Source: Eledone cirrhosa (lineage: Eukaryota). From it: a DNA stretch of 64,000 bases. The position numbers and the translations under genes are program-made. Below are positions 1 through 11,240 of the stretch, one piece after another. The stretch covers positions 426,002,001 through 426,066,000 of the forward strand of contig OZ024740.1 of assembly GCA_964016885.1 (NCBI GenBank), written 5' to 3'. A model generated the notes under the pieces. That model saw nothing but the letters and a program-made list of their open reading frames with translations. It was not told the DNA's origin and did no database searches. Position 1 is the first letter of the stretch. Every line of letters begins with the position of its first letter.

Positions 1-669
1 TATATAAATTTATGGTTCCTACAACAATGTTAGAACTAAAATTCGTAGTTTTTAAAATGTATTTTCAAAAACGAGAGGCAGATTAAAATTTAAGGCTGTC
101 AACATAAAATATTTCCGACATTTATCAACAACTTAAAAAGCAAGTTAAATTGTTTTATAAAACTAAGAATAATTGCAAATATTTTTTTTATGTGTGTGTA
201 ACCTTACAAAGTATCATTGTTTATAAAATAGAAAAAAAAACAAAACAGTATAACTCAACTAAGCAACAGACAGAAAAACATACATTTGGTCGAAAGAAAT
301 TTGCTTTTCGCAAGACATTACAATGAAAAATATATGAGAATTTTGATAACAAATGTTTATACCACGTGAAAAAATTGTTAAAATAAAAAAGATAAATAAG
401 ATGTCTAAAAAGTAGTAAGAGAAAGCAACAAACTAGGAAACAACAACGGTTAACATCAGGTCGCAGGAATTCAGAAGATATATAGAGAGTTAGAATACAG
501 GTAGGAGAATATTATTTTTTCTTGAAGATACCACTGAAAATAAATGGTAAACGATTAATAAAATAAATGAATAAATAATACAATAAATGCAAAATGCTAA
601 TGTTGATGATGACATTGTTATTAAAAGAAAAGAAATTTTGTAATAAAAACATTATTATTAGTAGTATTA

Positions 670-739
<70 letters not shown>

Positions 740-840
740 TAGCGATAATGGTCATCACGCCAATGATGTTGATGTTAATGCTGATGTTAGTGTTGATGGT
801 GATGATGGTAATAATGATGGCTATGATGATTATGATGATA
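670..840. repeat. (AAT)n microsatellite followed by degenerate (GAT)n
   Basis: Pure aat run ~672-737, then gat/gtt-rich triplets; explains the poly-N ORF 594..860. Confidence 0.95.
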
Positions 841-1035
841 CTGGTAAATTATTTCAATAGAGTGGCGTTTGTTATGTTTATATAAGGATAAATAGATTTT
901 ATTTTGATATCGTTTTACAGTGTAGGGCAATATGAGTTATATATGTAAATATTCCTGAAATCTCGGTGTAGTTAGAGAACATTTGAGATGTAAAGTAAAC
1001 GAAATAGTTCTTCCCAAATGACACCATACCGTTTA

Positions 1036-1178
<143 letters not shown>

Positions 1179-1277
1179 TTTTATATAGATGTTTTGACAT
1201 ATGTCTATGTGTATATGTATATTTATATATAGTTGTAGAAACGGCCGGAGCTCAGCCGTCCGGGTCCTGACTCTTTT

Positions 1278-1308
<31 letters not shown>

Positions 1309-1310
<2 letters not shown>

Positions 1311-1470
1311 GGCTTAATTCGGGATGTTTGTTTACAAACACACCGAGCATTATAATAAATGTTCGGTGAATCCATACGTACATATATATATGTGTGCATG
1401 TATGTATATATATATACATACTACTCTACGTCTGTATACATATATGTATGTACGTATACATATTTATATA
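1309..1470 (+). repeat. Interspersed repeat fragment, homologous to 21936-22100
   Basis: acggcttaat..ggatgtttgtttacaaacac..cgagcattataataaatgtt..ggtgaatccatacgtac occurs at both sites. Confidence 0.85.
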
Positions 1471-1477
1471 TATATAT

Positions 1478-1697
1478 AAATGTAATGTAAGTTTTTCGAA
1501 TATTAATGATAACATTCGATTCGTTTGCAATTATGCAAACAAGCCTCATTTTTAAAGTCATGTCAGTAGAATGAACCCTTCATTCTTGCTCTTGTGTTGG
1601 CATGTAATCAAAACGGCTTTAAAAATGAGGCTTGTTTGCATAATTGCAAACGAATCGAATGTTATTGTTTAATATTCGAAAAACTCAGATTACATTT
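1478..1697. repeat. Long inverted repeat (hairpin), ~80-bp arms
   Basis: gtttttcgaatatta..aacattcgattcgtttgcaattatgcaaacaagcctcatttttaaag is reverse-complemented at ~1617-1697. Confidence 0.9.
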
Positions 1698-1796
1698 ATT
1701 GTATTTAGCTGGTTCCTATTACCCACTCTACTACCCTAAGTATTGAGTACTTTGGTGCGTTATGGTCCACCTGGTTCCTTACCACATTTCCTTCGT

Positions 1797-1829
<33 letters not shown>

Positions 1830-1870
1830 ATTTAGATGAGTTAAAATATTTGGAAGCCCGACAATTGATA

Positions 1871-2053
1871 ATAATTGTTTCTACATTTGGCACAAGGCCA
1901 GTAATTATCCCAGTGTGTTACTGTTACTTTATTTTATCGACCCCTTAAGGATAAAAGCAAAGTTAACTTCGGCGGGATTTGAAATCAGACCATAAAGGGC
2001 CGTAACTATGCTGCAAACATTGCGCCCGACCCTCTACTGATACTGCTAATCCA
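1871..2053 (-). mobile_element. tRNA-derived-like SINE, copy
   Basis: Reverse complement of the repeat at 2352-2537 and 26104-26296. Confidence 0.85.
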
Positions 2054-2351
2054 AGATAAAAAAAAGAAGAATGAAGAGTAGATTATGAAAGGTTAAGGAA
2101 AACTCCAAGCATCTTCTTCTAGAATGTTCTCAACACGGAATTATTTAACAAAAGATGTTTACTATAAACCACAATTTTAGACAGGTATTATGTTATTAAT
2201 ATTAATATCTATTAAATTCTACATTAATATTGATACATTTTTCCTCATGCTTGCCAAACAAAGTGTTTGTATAAATCTATATTTACATACCTATATCGCT
2301 GTTTATCTGTCCGTGTGTCGGTCTATCTGTCTGACTGACTGTCATTATATA

Positions 2352-2537
2352 GGGATTGGCAGTATCGGTAGAGGGTCGGACGCCATGCTTTGCAGCATAG
2401 AGTTACGGCCCTTTGTGGTCTGAGTTCAAATCGCGCCGAGGTAAATTTTTCCTTTCATCCTTACGGGTCGATAAAATAAAGTACCAGTAATACACTGGCA
2501 TAATTGCTGGCATTATGCCAAAAGCAGAAACAATTAT
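2352..2537 (+). mobile_element. tRNA-derived-like SINE, copy
   Basis: tggcagtatcggtag (A-box-like) .. gagttcaaatc (B-box-like) .. gtcgataaaataaagtaccag .. gccaaaagcagaaacaattat; many copies in window. Confidence 0.85.
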
Positions 2538-2549
2538 ATAGTTATTTAA

Positions 2550-2741
2550 GGGCGGTGGATTGGCAGTATCAGTAGAGTGTCGGACGCCATGCTTTGACGC
2601 ATAGAGTTATGGCCCTTTCCAGTCTGAGTTCAAACCCCGCTGAATTTAACTTTGACTTTCATCCTTACGGGGTCGATAAAATAAAGAACCAGTAATGCAC
2701 TGAGTAATTGCTGGCCTTGTGCCAAAAGTAGAAACAATTAT
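2550..2741 (+). mobile_element. tRNA-derived-like SINE, copy in tandem with the previous one
   Basis: Same consensus immediately downstream of 2352-2537. Confidence 0.85.
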
Positions 2742-3139
2742 ATAGTTATTTACCAATAAATCTATCTTCGGACAACACAAGTGTACCAACAACAAGACCC
2801 AATATAAGCCCAACGCTACATAGACAGACAGATAAATAGATAGATACACATGAGTAAAGACAGACTTCTTAATTTAAATTACGATGACTTTGTTCTTCCA
2901 ATGTATCTATCTATCTCTCTGTTTGTTTATGATTTATCAAAATGTGGAAGAAAATTATTGTAATTGATTTAAATGAATGTAAAATCAAATACGGCGATGG
3001 GTGGAGTGACAAGAAAAATTAGGTCAAGGAAAATTGAGGAATCAAATGTCTCCATCAAATGAAAAATATCAAGGAATTATATTAAATACATTTTACTATG
3101 AAACTCTTCATTGTTTACATAAGAATGATGGAGCATATA

Positions 3140-3511
3140 TCTATATCTATATATATAAAGTTGTAGTTCCTGTCTGATAGTTTGTTTGTTCACGAACTCC
3201 TCCTATGGTTTTGGAGATAGATCCCCATAACCATAGATATTCTGAAACTACATTACGCAGGGTACTAGAATAAGTATATTTCATTTTAATCAAAGGGTTC
3301 CTCGGGGGCACAAACTCCGCTGAAAATGTTTTCCCTTCGATTTATATGAAATTTAAACCATAAGTAAATAACAAAATGTAAGAAAATTTCAATAATATTA
3401 AGACACCCTAATAGAGTTTTTCTTCATAAATTATATCACTGATTTAAAATCAATCATCATTTTCTTACAAAACAATGTGCGAAACGCAGCAAGGTGCGGG
3501 TAATTCGGCTA

Positions 3512-3512
<1 letters not shown>
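3140..3512 (+). mobile_element. Non-autonomous Helitron-like element
   Basis: 5' TCTATATCTATATATATAAAG start; subterminal hairpin cgca-gcaagg-tgcg; 3' CTAG end; flanked by A and T without TSD. Confidence 0.7.
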
Positions 3513-3559
<47 letters not shown>

Positions 3560-3694
3560 CTGCCTGGATTTGCGACCGGTAGATAGTATTAGCAAATGGG
3601 AAATCCAATGGAGACATTGTTTGCTCGATCCGATTTGAGAAGGTCCACCAACTCGTTAAGCGAATGAGATCTGGGATCTTGTCGATAGACTGTG

Positions 3695-3779
<85 letters not shown>

Positions 3780-3840
3780 TATGTGATTGACGTCTAATAG
3801 AAAAGAATATCAATACCAAAATAGAGTTTTAATATTCATT

Positions 3841-3962
3841 TTATTAGAGCTAAATATTGAGTCTTGTTATTCTGGATTTTCGCTTTTTTTTATCACAGAG
3901 ATGACTCTGTGATAAACAAGCGAAACTCCAAAACAAAAAGACTCAGTATTTAGCTTTAATAA
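3841..3962. repeat. Inverted repeat (hairpin), ~60-bp arms, 4-nt loop
   Basis: ttattagagctaaatattgagtct..tatcacagag-atga-ctctgtgata..agactcagtatttagctttaataa. Confidence 0.88.
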
Positions 3963-3991
3963 CACACACACACACACACTCACACACACAT

Positions 3992-4030
<39 letters not shown>

Positions 4031-4093
4031 ACAGAAAATGAACCTTTTTTTTAAAGGAAAAAAAAACGAGGTGTCCTACACGAGTGAAAGTGT

Positions 4094-4341
4094 AAGGAAA
4101 AAAGATGGAATCGAAAATGCTAATGGAGTCTTTTTAAGAATATTTGTTTCCTTTATCGGTTTCACAATTCTTATGCTTTTCAAAAGTTGAATTGGAGGGT
4201 TTGTGGTTTTTCTCGCGAGGCAAACCACAAACCCTCAATCTCAATTCTACTTTTGAAAAGCATAAGAACTGAGAAACCGGTAAAGGAAACAAATAAATAT
4301 TCTTAAAAATACTCGTTGCATTTTCGATTGCATCTTTTTTC

Positions 4342-4343
<2 letters not shown>
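4094..4343. repeat. Inverted repeat (hairpin), ~120-bp arms
   Basis: aggaaaaaagatg..tcgaaaatgc..cttatgcttttcaaaag..gagggtttgtggttt mirrored by aaaccacaaaccctc..cttttgaaaagcataag..gcattttcgattgcatcttttttcct. Confidence 0.88.
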
Positions 4344-4344
<1 letters not shown>

Positions 4345-4415
<71 letters not shown>

Positions 4416-4423
4416 TAGAGAGA

Positions 4424-4461
<38 letters not shown>
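4345..4461. repeat. Compound (TA)n(AG)n microsatellite
   Basis: Direct reading. Confidence 0.95.
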
Positions 4462-4465
<4 letters not shown>

Positions 4466-4531
4466 AAAGAAACAGAAGAGTGTGTTTTTCTTTACAGGAA
4501 TTTCAAACCACCAGCGTGAAGAGAATATAAG

Positions 4532-4574
<43 letters not shown>

Positions 4575-5099
4575 TACAAGGTACAATAGTTAACAAAAGT
4601 TAACTCTCTATTAAGAGACAGTGCAAGACATATTATTTATGGAGTACTCATATATGTAGTAGACATATATCCTTTAACATAATAAAGTACAAAGGAATAT
4701 GATAGAGGCGGGCATATCGGAGAGGAAATATCATCTCTGCGGTCTGTGATCGAAATAGAAGGGTTCGTAAATATTGGAGGCTGAGATGGAGGTGGTTAGG
4801 GGAAGGTAACTCTGGTATTCTTAGAACTGGAGAGCTACGAAGAAGTGGATGGAGAAGATGCAATGGGTGTACTCCGGAAATAGAAAGACAAAATTATTAA
4901 AAAAAAGCAACAACCAAAAACAACAAAAACTAAAAGAAAGAAGAAGGAATTTTAACACTGAAATAGAAAAAGATGTCAGGAGAAAACGGAGCAGCTTCTC
5001 TACCTCCTCTCATCCAGTACGGGAAGAAAAGGAAAAAAAATGGTAAAATAAACTGTGTAGGCAGGAAGGGATATGCATAACTCTCATATCATTTACCCA

Positions 5100-5157
5100 C
5101 TCTCTCTCTCTCTGTCTCTATCTCTCTTTCTCTCTCTCTATCTGTCTATCTACCTAC

Positions 5158-5192
<35 letters not shown>

Positions 5193-5210
5193 CCTATCTA
5201 TCTATCTATC
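5100..5210. repeat. (TC)n then (TATC)n microsatellite at the LINE 5' junction
   Basis: tctatctatc repeats end directly before tctgggatgg. Confidence 0.95.
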
Positions 5211-5429
5211 TCTGGGATGGACACACGCGTATAACTTGCTGAGTAAGTTCTGTTTAAATTTCTATAGAAATTCTTGTCTGATAACTTTAATTTTTATACC
5301 ATTTTGTAGAGGGACTGCCAGGTCAAACTTTGATCTGGTCAGTCTCTCAAAATATTCTACGCCTTTAGGCGAAATAGTTAAACAAAAAAAAAAGTTTTTT
5401 CTTGTTGAAAAGTCAATATTTTTTTTTAA

Positions 5430-7211
5430 ATGGCCGAAGCTTCTTCACCAAAATTCGAAGGAGGAAAGGGGAAGATGAACTTACAGCTTCCCCCTGCCAC
5501 TGTCACAGTAGCAGAGGTCAAGAAGATAGGTCAGCCAGAGGAAGAATTCTCTCCACCTGTTAACCGACAACTTGACGTTACCATGGCAACAACCCAAAGA
5601 ACCAACAGCAACAACAACAACAATGCGACGGTAGAAAACAACACCAATAACAATAACAATAACAACAACAAGACCAATAACGGTGACAACAACAACAATG
5701 ATAACAACAACACCACCAACGACAACAACAACACAAACAAACAAAATTTCTCCTTCGCCGAGACGACAAGGAAAACCCTCGACTATCTGCCAGTAGATAT
5801 AACAAAAGCGAAGGAGCTACTGGCGGATGCGAAAAAATATATAGTGTACGGGGAAAATGGTTCATTCACAATCCATTCCCCCCCGGAACTAAAAAGCCAG
5901 AGACTCCTAAACACGGTCATGTTTAGGACAATCTCGAACAAAAGTAAAAAACCAGCTCAACCATCACAGAGCGAGATAGAGCTGGTTTTAAAAGACGTCA
6001 TGAAGGACATCACCTTCATTCAGAAGGATAGACTCTACGGGAGTCTATCCATTCTCATGAAGGACAGGGACACAGCAGTGAAACTGTCCATCAAACCAAT
6101 CACATCCACCGCATACACCTTCTACCCTACGTACATGGGTAGAAGAACACAAAAAATAAAAATCCACACCATCCTGCCGATTATGGACATATGGTGGGTT
6201 TTGACAGGTTTTCTGGACCTGGAGGATGACATGCTGGTGTCCATGGGAAAGGCATCGGGTGACGCGTTCAGTGGAACGAGCCTCGAACTTGTAGTTCAAA
6301 TGAGGCCCGAAAGGATCGCCCAGATCCCTGAACGCGTCATACTGGATGATCTAACCTTCATCAACATTACCGTTGAGGGTAGACGGCCCTCGTGTTACCT
6401 CTGCGGAACCAGAGGTCACCTGAGGGCTGTCTGTCCCCAACTTAATAAGAAAACCCCAATCCTGCCTACACCACCAACAACTGCACAACCAACACAATCA
6501 CCACAACAACCACTACAAAAACAACCACCACAGCTCAAACCAAAACAAAACAATGTCCAACCCATCCCCTCCACTCAAAAAACAAAAACAATTTCCAAAA
6601 CACCCGTACCGCAAACACAACCCGAAAATATACCCCTCCCCTCCAACGCGGAAGATGACCCTAGTTCGTCGTCAGACGAGGAGGAGCACTTCCACACAAT
6701 CAAAAGAAAAAAAAGAAAACACACCTCAGACACACAAATGAAAAAAACCCCTCCCCAAAACATAACACTGACACCAACACAAAAGAGCTCACAACAGCAA
6801 ACAAAAAACACCACACAAAAACAAAAACATGCATACACATACATAAATACAAGAAACAAAAAACTGTTAAACATTGTGTACAACAACAATCTAATAAAAA
6901 CACAAGGGCCTAACTTCACCCAGGCAGGGGATTTCCCCCACCTCAAAATGATTAAGGCCCCACAGGACACCTATAAAACTTTAAAAAACAATTTTAAAGA
7001 GGACGTGGGTCCCCCCTGCGTCGGGCCCATTAACCGAGTCCTCCTAAAAAACTATCCCACCCCCTCCCCAAACACCCTCACAACTCCAAGCTCCCCAACC
7101 ACACAACACACTGATGCCCCCACACTTCCACAAACCACCACCCCACCCAACAACCCATCCCCCACCCTAATGGAAATTGTGCAGCCCGATACCCGGGACG
7201 CAGAGAGGTAA
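5430..7211 (+). CDS. LINE ORF1 protein (gag-like, CCHC zinc knuckle)
   Basis: 593-aa ORF with CYLCGTRGHLRAVC (CX2CX4HX4C), a P/T/Q-rich linker and basic KRKKRK; directly upstream of an APE-RT ORF. Confidence 0.88.
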   Translation: MAEASSPKFEGGKGKMNLQLPPATVTVAEVKKIGQPEEEFSPPVNRQLDVTMATTQRTNSNNNNNATVENNTNNNNNNNNKTNNGDNNNNDNNNTTNDNNNTNKQNFSFAETTRKTLDYLPVDITKAKELLADAKKYIVYGENGSFTIHSPPELKSQRLLNTVMFRTISNKSKKPAQPSQSEIELVLKDVMKDITFIQKDRLYGSLSILMKDRDTAVKLSIKPITSTAYTFYPTYMGRRTQKIKIHTILPIMDIWWVLTGFLDLEDDMLVSMGKASGDAFSGTSLELVVQMRPERIAQIPERVILDDLTFINITVEGRRPSCYLCGTRGHLRAVCPQLNKKTPILPTPPTTAQPTQSPQQPLQKQPPQLKPKQNNVQPIPSTQKTKTISKTPVPQTQPENIPLPSNAEDDPSSSSDEEEHFHTIKRKKRKHTSDTQMKKTPPQNITLTPTQKSSQQQTKNTTQKQKHAYTYINTRNKKLLNIVYNNNLIKTQGPNFTQAGDFPHLKMIKAPQDTYKTLKNNFKEDVGPPCVGPINRVLLKNYPTPSPNTLTTPSSPTTQHTDAPTLPQTTTPPNNPSPTLMEIVQPDTRDAER

Positions 7212-7235
7212 GTGCCTTTTCTCTTCACCACCAAC

Positions 7236-10200
7236 ATGGCTATGCTAAGAGTAGGCTGTTTAAATGCGCGTGGCCTGGGCTCAACTTGGAAGCAAGCAAT
7301 GCTTCTAAATGACCTCAGGTCACAACGTATAGATGTGATGGTTATTTGCGAGGCCCGGATCAGCAACGTGCGACAGCTGGCCCCCACCTTTGATGACTTT
7401 GAGATGCACGCATCTCTCTGTCAGCCTGGAGGTGGGGGTGGAGTTGTCGTTCTGCTGCAAAAACATCTGGGTCTCGCAACACAGATGGTACATTTGGACC
7501 CGGAGGGTCGACTAGTGGTTCTGGACCTTGGCAGTGGTAAAGGCGGAGCGTTTAGGTTGGTAGCCGCCTACGGCCCTTTCGGGTCAATGCGGCCGGACTT
7601 CTTCCATCGTCTGGAGACTTTTCTAGGGACGTCCCGCTCCTTGCTATTAGTGGGGGACTGGAATGGTATCCTAGATGCACGCTGGGACCACGTAGGGGCC
7701 TGCCCCGATAGAGAGGGGTGTAATAGCCTCAAAGGGTTAATCGGTCGATTTGACCTGGCCGATAGATATCGACTAGATTTTCCGACTGCGCCAACCTGGA
7801 CTTGGGCAAATCGTAGCGGATCATCTAGGTCGTACCTAGATAGGTTCTTAGTTAGAATTAAGGATAAGGACTTTTTAAGTTGTCCAAAAATGCGCATTGT
7901 TGGCTATTCAGACCACAAATTAGTGACCTGCATGGTCAACCTTGACAGAACTCATAGACAGGGCCCCGGTTACTGGAAGCTCAACTTGTCCTTGCCGGCA
8001 AGTAGAGCCTACAGGAATCGGATTAGTACGTTAGTTAAGGAACGGTTGACTGGAGCGATCGTCAACAGCAGGTGGTGGGTATCTCTAAAGAGAGAGATTA
8101 GAGTAGTCCCGATAGAATTTAGTAAGGTTCTAGCTGCGGATAGGAATAGGAAGGAAAGGGAGCTAATAGATAGAGTAGAAGAGGCAATTAGAAGCGGCGA
8201 CGTGGCCAGAGTGCTAGCGTCGAGAACGGCTTTGAGCCAGTTTTTCGACGCGAAGCACGAAGGCTGCGTTGTCCGAAGTAAAATACGTGCTCTAGGGAAC
8301 GAGGGGACCAAAGCTGTTAGCTGGGCCCGCGTGACAGAGGCCAACAGTGGAACTAAATCCACCATCCGGTCTTTGCGAGACCTGGATGGACGGGCGATTC
8401 TTGAGCCTAAGCAGATGTGTGAGGCCTTTCAAAGGCACTTTGCCCGACTGTTCGGGAGGGGCGGGGAGCCGGTTGGGAACGTGGACTTCGGTCCATACCT
8501 CGACGGCCTGCCGCGCCTCTCGGACAGGGAGGCGAAGTCCTGCGAGGAGCCGATTTCGGCCGCTGAGATAGAGGACGTGCTGAGCCAATGCGGCAAACGC
8601 AAATCCCCGGGTCTCGATGGTCTTCCTTACGAATTATATCTAGCTATGCCGGACTTGTTCCCCGATCTCCTCGAGGCGGTCTACTGCAACTGGCAACAGA
8701 ACGGGAGAATTCCCTGTACTGTGACCAAGGGCGTAGTCACGCTAGTGAGGAAGGACGAGAACAAGGGGGACGAAATAAGTAACTTCAGGCCCATAACACT
8801 GCTAAATACAGAGTTACAGATTTTGGCCAAGGTGCTAGCAAAGAGGTTGGCGCTTGTCGTGGGCAACCTGGTGGGAGATGCGCAGACATGCGCTATCCCG
8901 TCCAGGTCCATCCATGACAACCTCCACCTCATGCGATACATCATAGAGAGGGTTGGGAACGAACCCGGCTTTGGTGGGGCTCTGATCAACTTGGATCAAT
9001 CTAAGGCGTTCGATAGGGTCGACCATGGTTACCTGGATGCGGTGCTAGCGGCGGCAGGCTTCGGACCCGTTTTCAGGGGCTGGATCACTGCTATGCACAG
9101 CAGCCGCATCTGCTCTAGGGTCAAGGTGAACGGCTACCTCTCGGAGCCGTTCAAAATCGCGCGGTCCATCCGACAAGGGTGCCCTCTCTCCTCCCTTCTG
9201 TATGTATTGACTCTCGAGCCACTACTGCGGAAGTTGGAGTTGTTGCAGGGCATCCCTTTGGAACCGGGATTGCGGAAAGCGGTGTCGGCCTACGCCGATG
9301 ACGTGACAGTAATGGTGTCGACGGCCTCCGAAATCGAGGCGGTCGGCACCTTACTGGAGGAGTACGAAAAGTTCACAGGGGCTAAGCTGAACCGGGACAA
9401 GTCGATCGGTTTGCAACTCGGCACGTGGAGGGGCAGACCGATGCCCTCCGATAGCGTCGTCGGACGCTGGACGGAGGGCCCGGTGAAGTTGCTCGGGGTC
9501 TGGTTCGGACCGGACCTCCAGGTGGAGAAAAACTGGGCGGAGGTTACGAACAGAGTGTTTGCACTGACCCAGAAGTGGGCCAGTTGCAAACTATCCCTGA
9601 AAGGTCGGGCGGAGGTGGCGAACACCTACATAGCGTCCGTCATCTACTACCGCCTGACCGTAGTGCCCTGCCCAAGGGAAACCCTCACCAAGATGGAGCG
9701 CGCGCTCTTCCAATTCCTTTGGAAGAGGCGGGCTCCTATGGTGAGGAGATCCATCTGCTGTCAACACCCTTCGAAAGGAGGGCTGGGGATGCCGTGGCTA
9801 ATGATGCGTAAACACGCATTAAGGCTACGGCACCTCTACGTATTCCTCACCGGACAACCGGTGTGGGCCTCGTTTGTGAGACGAACCTTTCCCAGACTCG
9901 TCTCACTCACCGAGCTGCAATCCTGGGTCAAGCAAAGACCGAGAAAACTGGGCGCCTGGCACACTGAGTGTGCCCAGGCGCTCACCGCCCTCTGGCAGGC
10001 GGATCCGGTTATCAGTGGAGACTCCACCGCAACATTCTATAGAGGGCTGGTACGCAGCAGGTGCGACGACGCCCTCGGAGAAGCCCTAGACATGGAGGAG
10101 GACGAACTGGCCAGCCTTTTCGGTAGGACATTCAGCCCGGGACCTATGGACAACTTCCAGAAGTCCCTGGCCTGGCAGTGCTACCGAGGGGCTTTACCCG

Positions 10201-10673
10201 TTCGAGAAAGGCTCTACAGACACGGGCGCCCGGGTAGGGACCCCGCCAAAAAGATCTGTCCCAGATGCGTGTGCGACGAGGAAACCGTTGCACACGCATT
10301 AGTACACTGCTCGGGCGTAGCCGATCTGTGGGGCTATGTCGAACAACTGCTGTCAAGGGTGGGACCGATCCGGTTGACCACCGAGTCTATTGTAATGATC
10401 AAGCCGCCTCCCCCCTTCAAAGATGAAGCAGAGGCGGTGTTTCTGTGCGTAATAGCCATGGCGAAAGAGGTTGTATGGTGGACGCGTCTGAAAGGACTGA
10501 GGTCGGGCACCTTTCTCTCTGGCCAACAACTGGTCCGTTTCTTCCGATATCATTTCGGAAGAAGGATCAGGATGGAGAGAGAGGTGCTGCACCCCAGCCG
10601 TTTCTATGAAAGATGGGTGAAAGTGGCGAGAATGGCCCGTGTGAATGGGCCTTCACTCTACATCAGACTATAG
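7236..10673 (+). CDS. LINE ORF2 protein: APE endonuclease + reverse transcriptase + C-terminal Cys/His motif
   Basis: LNARGL, GDWN, SYLDRF, SDH (APE); KSPGLDG, FRPITLLN, LDQSKAFDRV, IRQGCPLS, YADD (RT); CPRC..ETVAHALVHC. ATG at 7236 (ccaacATGG) preferred to the track's GTG at 7212. Confidence 0.96.
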   Translation: MAMLRVGCLNARGLGSTWKQAMLLNDLRSQRIDVMVICEARISNVRQLAPTFDDFEMHASLCQPGGGGGVVVLLQKHLGLATQMVHLDPEGRLVVLDLGSGKGGAFRLVAAYGPFGSMRPDFFHRLETFLGTSRSLLLVGDWNGILDARWDHVGACPDREGCNSLKGLIGRFDLADRYRLDFPTAPTWTWANRSGSSRSYLDRFLVRIKDKDFLSCPKMRIVGYSDHKLVTCMVNLDRTHRQGPGYWKLNLSLPASRAYRNRISTLVKERLTGAIVNSRWWVSLKREIRVVPIEFSKVLAADRNRKERELIDRVEEAIRSGDVARVLASRTALSQFFDAKHEGCVVRSKIRALGNEGTKAVSWARVTEANSGTKSTIRSLRDLDGRAILEPKQMCEAFQRHFARLFGRGGEPVGNVDFGPYLDGLPRLSDREAKSCEEPISAAEIEDVLSQCGKRKSPGLDGLPYELYLAMPDLFPDLLEAVYCNWQQNGRIPCTVTKGVVTLVRKDENKGDEISNFRPITLLNTELQILAKVLAKRLALVVGNLVGDAQTCAIPSRSIHDNLHLMRYIIERVGNEPGFGGALINLDQSKAFDRVDHGYLDAVLAAAGFGPVFRGWITAMHSSRICSRVKVNGYLSEPFKIARSIRQGCPLSSLLYVLTLEPLLRKLELLQGIPLEPGLRKAVSAYADDVTVMVSTASEIEAVGTLLEEYEKFTGAKLNRDKSIGLQLGTWRGRPMPSDSVVGRWTEGPVKLLGVWFGPDLQVEKNWAEVTNRVFALTQKWASCKLSLKGRAEVANTYIASVIYYRLTVVPCPRETLTKMERALFQFLWKRRAPMVRRSICCQHPSKGGLGMPWLMMRKHALRLRHLYVFLTGQPVWASFVRRTFPRLVSLTELQSWVKQRPRKLGAWHTECAQALTALWQADPVISGDSTATFYRGLVRSRCDDALGEALDMEEDELASLFGRTFSPGPMDNFQKSLAWQCYRGALPVRERLYRHGRPGRDPAKKICPRCVCDEETVAHALVHCSGVADLWGYVEQLLSRVGPIRLTTESIVMIKPPPPFKDEAEAVFLCVIAMAKEVVWWTRLKGLRSGTFLSGQQLVRFFRYHFGRRIRMEREVLHPSRFYERWVKVARMARVNGPSLYIRL

Positions 10674-10955
10674 GTGAGGAAGATGAAAGACCAAGGGAGC
10701 ACCCCTTCTCTGTGCTCCTGAGGAGAAGGGTTGCACACTTTTTTCGGGGGTGTGTGCGACCCCCCAAGGCGCCTCCTCTCTATTGAGGATTTTGTTAAAA
10801 ATTTTATTTTTTGTTATATCTTATTTTATTTTTATATTTTGTTATTGCCTCCTCCTTATTGAGGACGCCTTTTTGTGTAAACTCCCCCCTTTGTACTTGT
10901 CCCACTTTTGATGCCCTAGTGGCAAATAAAAGAAATATATCTATCTATCTATCTA

Positions 10956-11093
10956 TAATTTTATTTTTGGTTATATTTTATTTTATTTTTATATATTCTT
11001 ATTGCCTCTTTCCTATGGAGGACGCCTTGTTTTGTAAACTCCCCCATTGTACTTGTCCCACTTTTGATGCCCTGGTGGCAAATAAAAGAAACA
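10956..11093 (+). mobile_element. Severely 5'-truncated copy (3' UTR only) of the same LINE
   Basis: Close copy of ~10800-10937 ending ggcaaataaaagaaa then TATC repeats. Confidence 0.85.
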
Positions 11094-11110
11094 TATCTAT
11101 CTATCTATCA

Positions 11111-11157
<47 letters not shown>

Positions 11158-11158
11158 A

Positions 11159-11240
<82 letters not shown>
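11094..11240. repeat. (TATC)n microsatellite
   Basis: Direct reading. Confidence 0.97.

Larger units (their letters stand above)
5211..10955 (+). mobile_element. Full-length non-LTR retrotransposon, L1/Tx1 clade
   Basis: 5' UTR, ORF1, ORF2, 3' UTR with AATAAA (10925-10930), then TATC repeats; TATC also at the 5' flank. Confidence 0.93.

Noticed and set aside
2352-2450. tRNA gene
   Set aside because: A/B-box-like motifs belong to a multi-copy SINE head; no convincing cloverleaf
4570-5050. Short ORFs 4648..4863 and 4849..5046 as exons or a LINE remnant
   Set aside because: No motif I can recognise with confidence
7568-10592. Antisense and alternative-frame ORFs within LINE ORF2
   Set aside because: Shadow ORFs of a GC-rich coding sequence; no recognisable motifs
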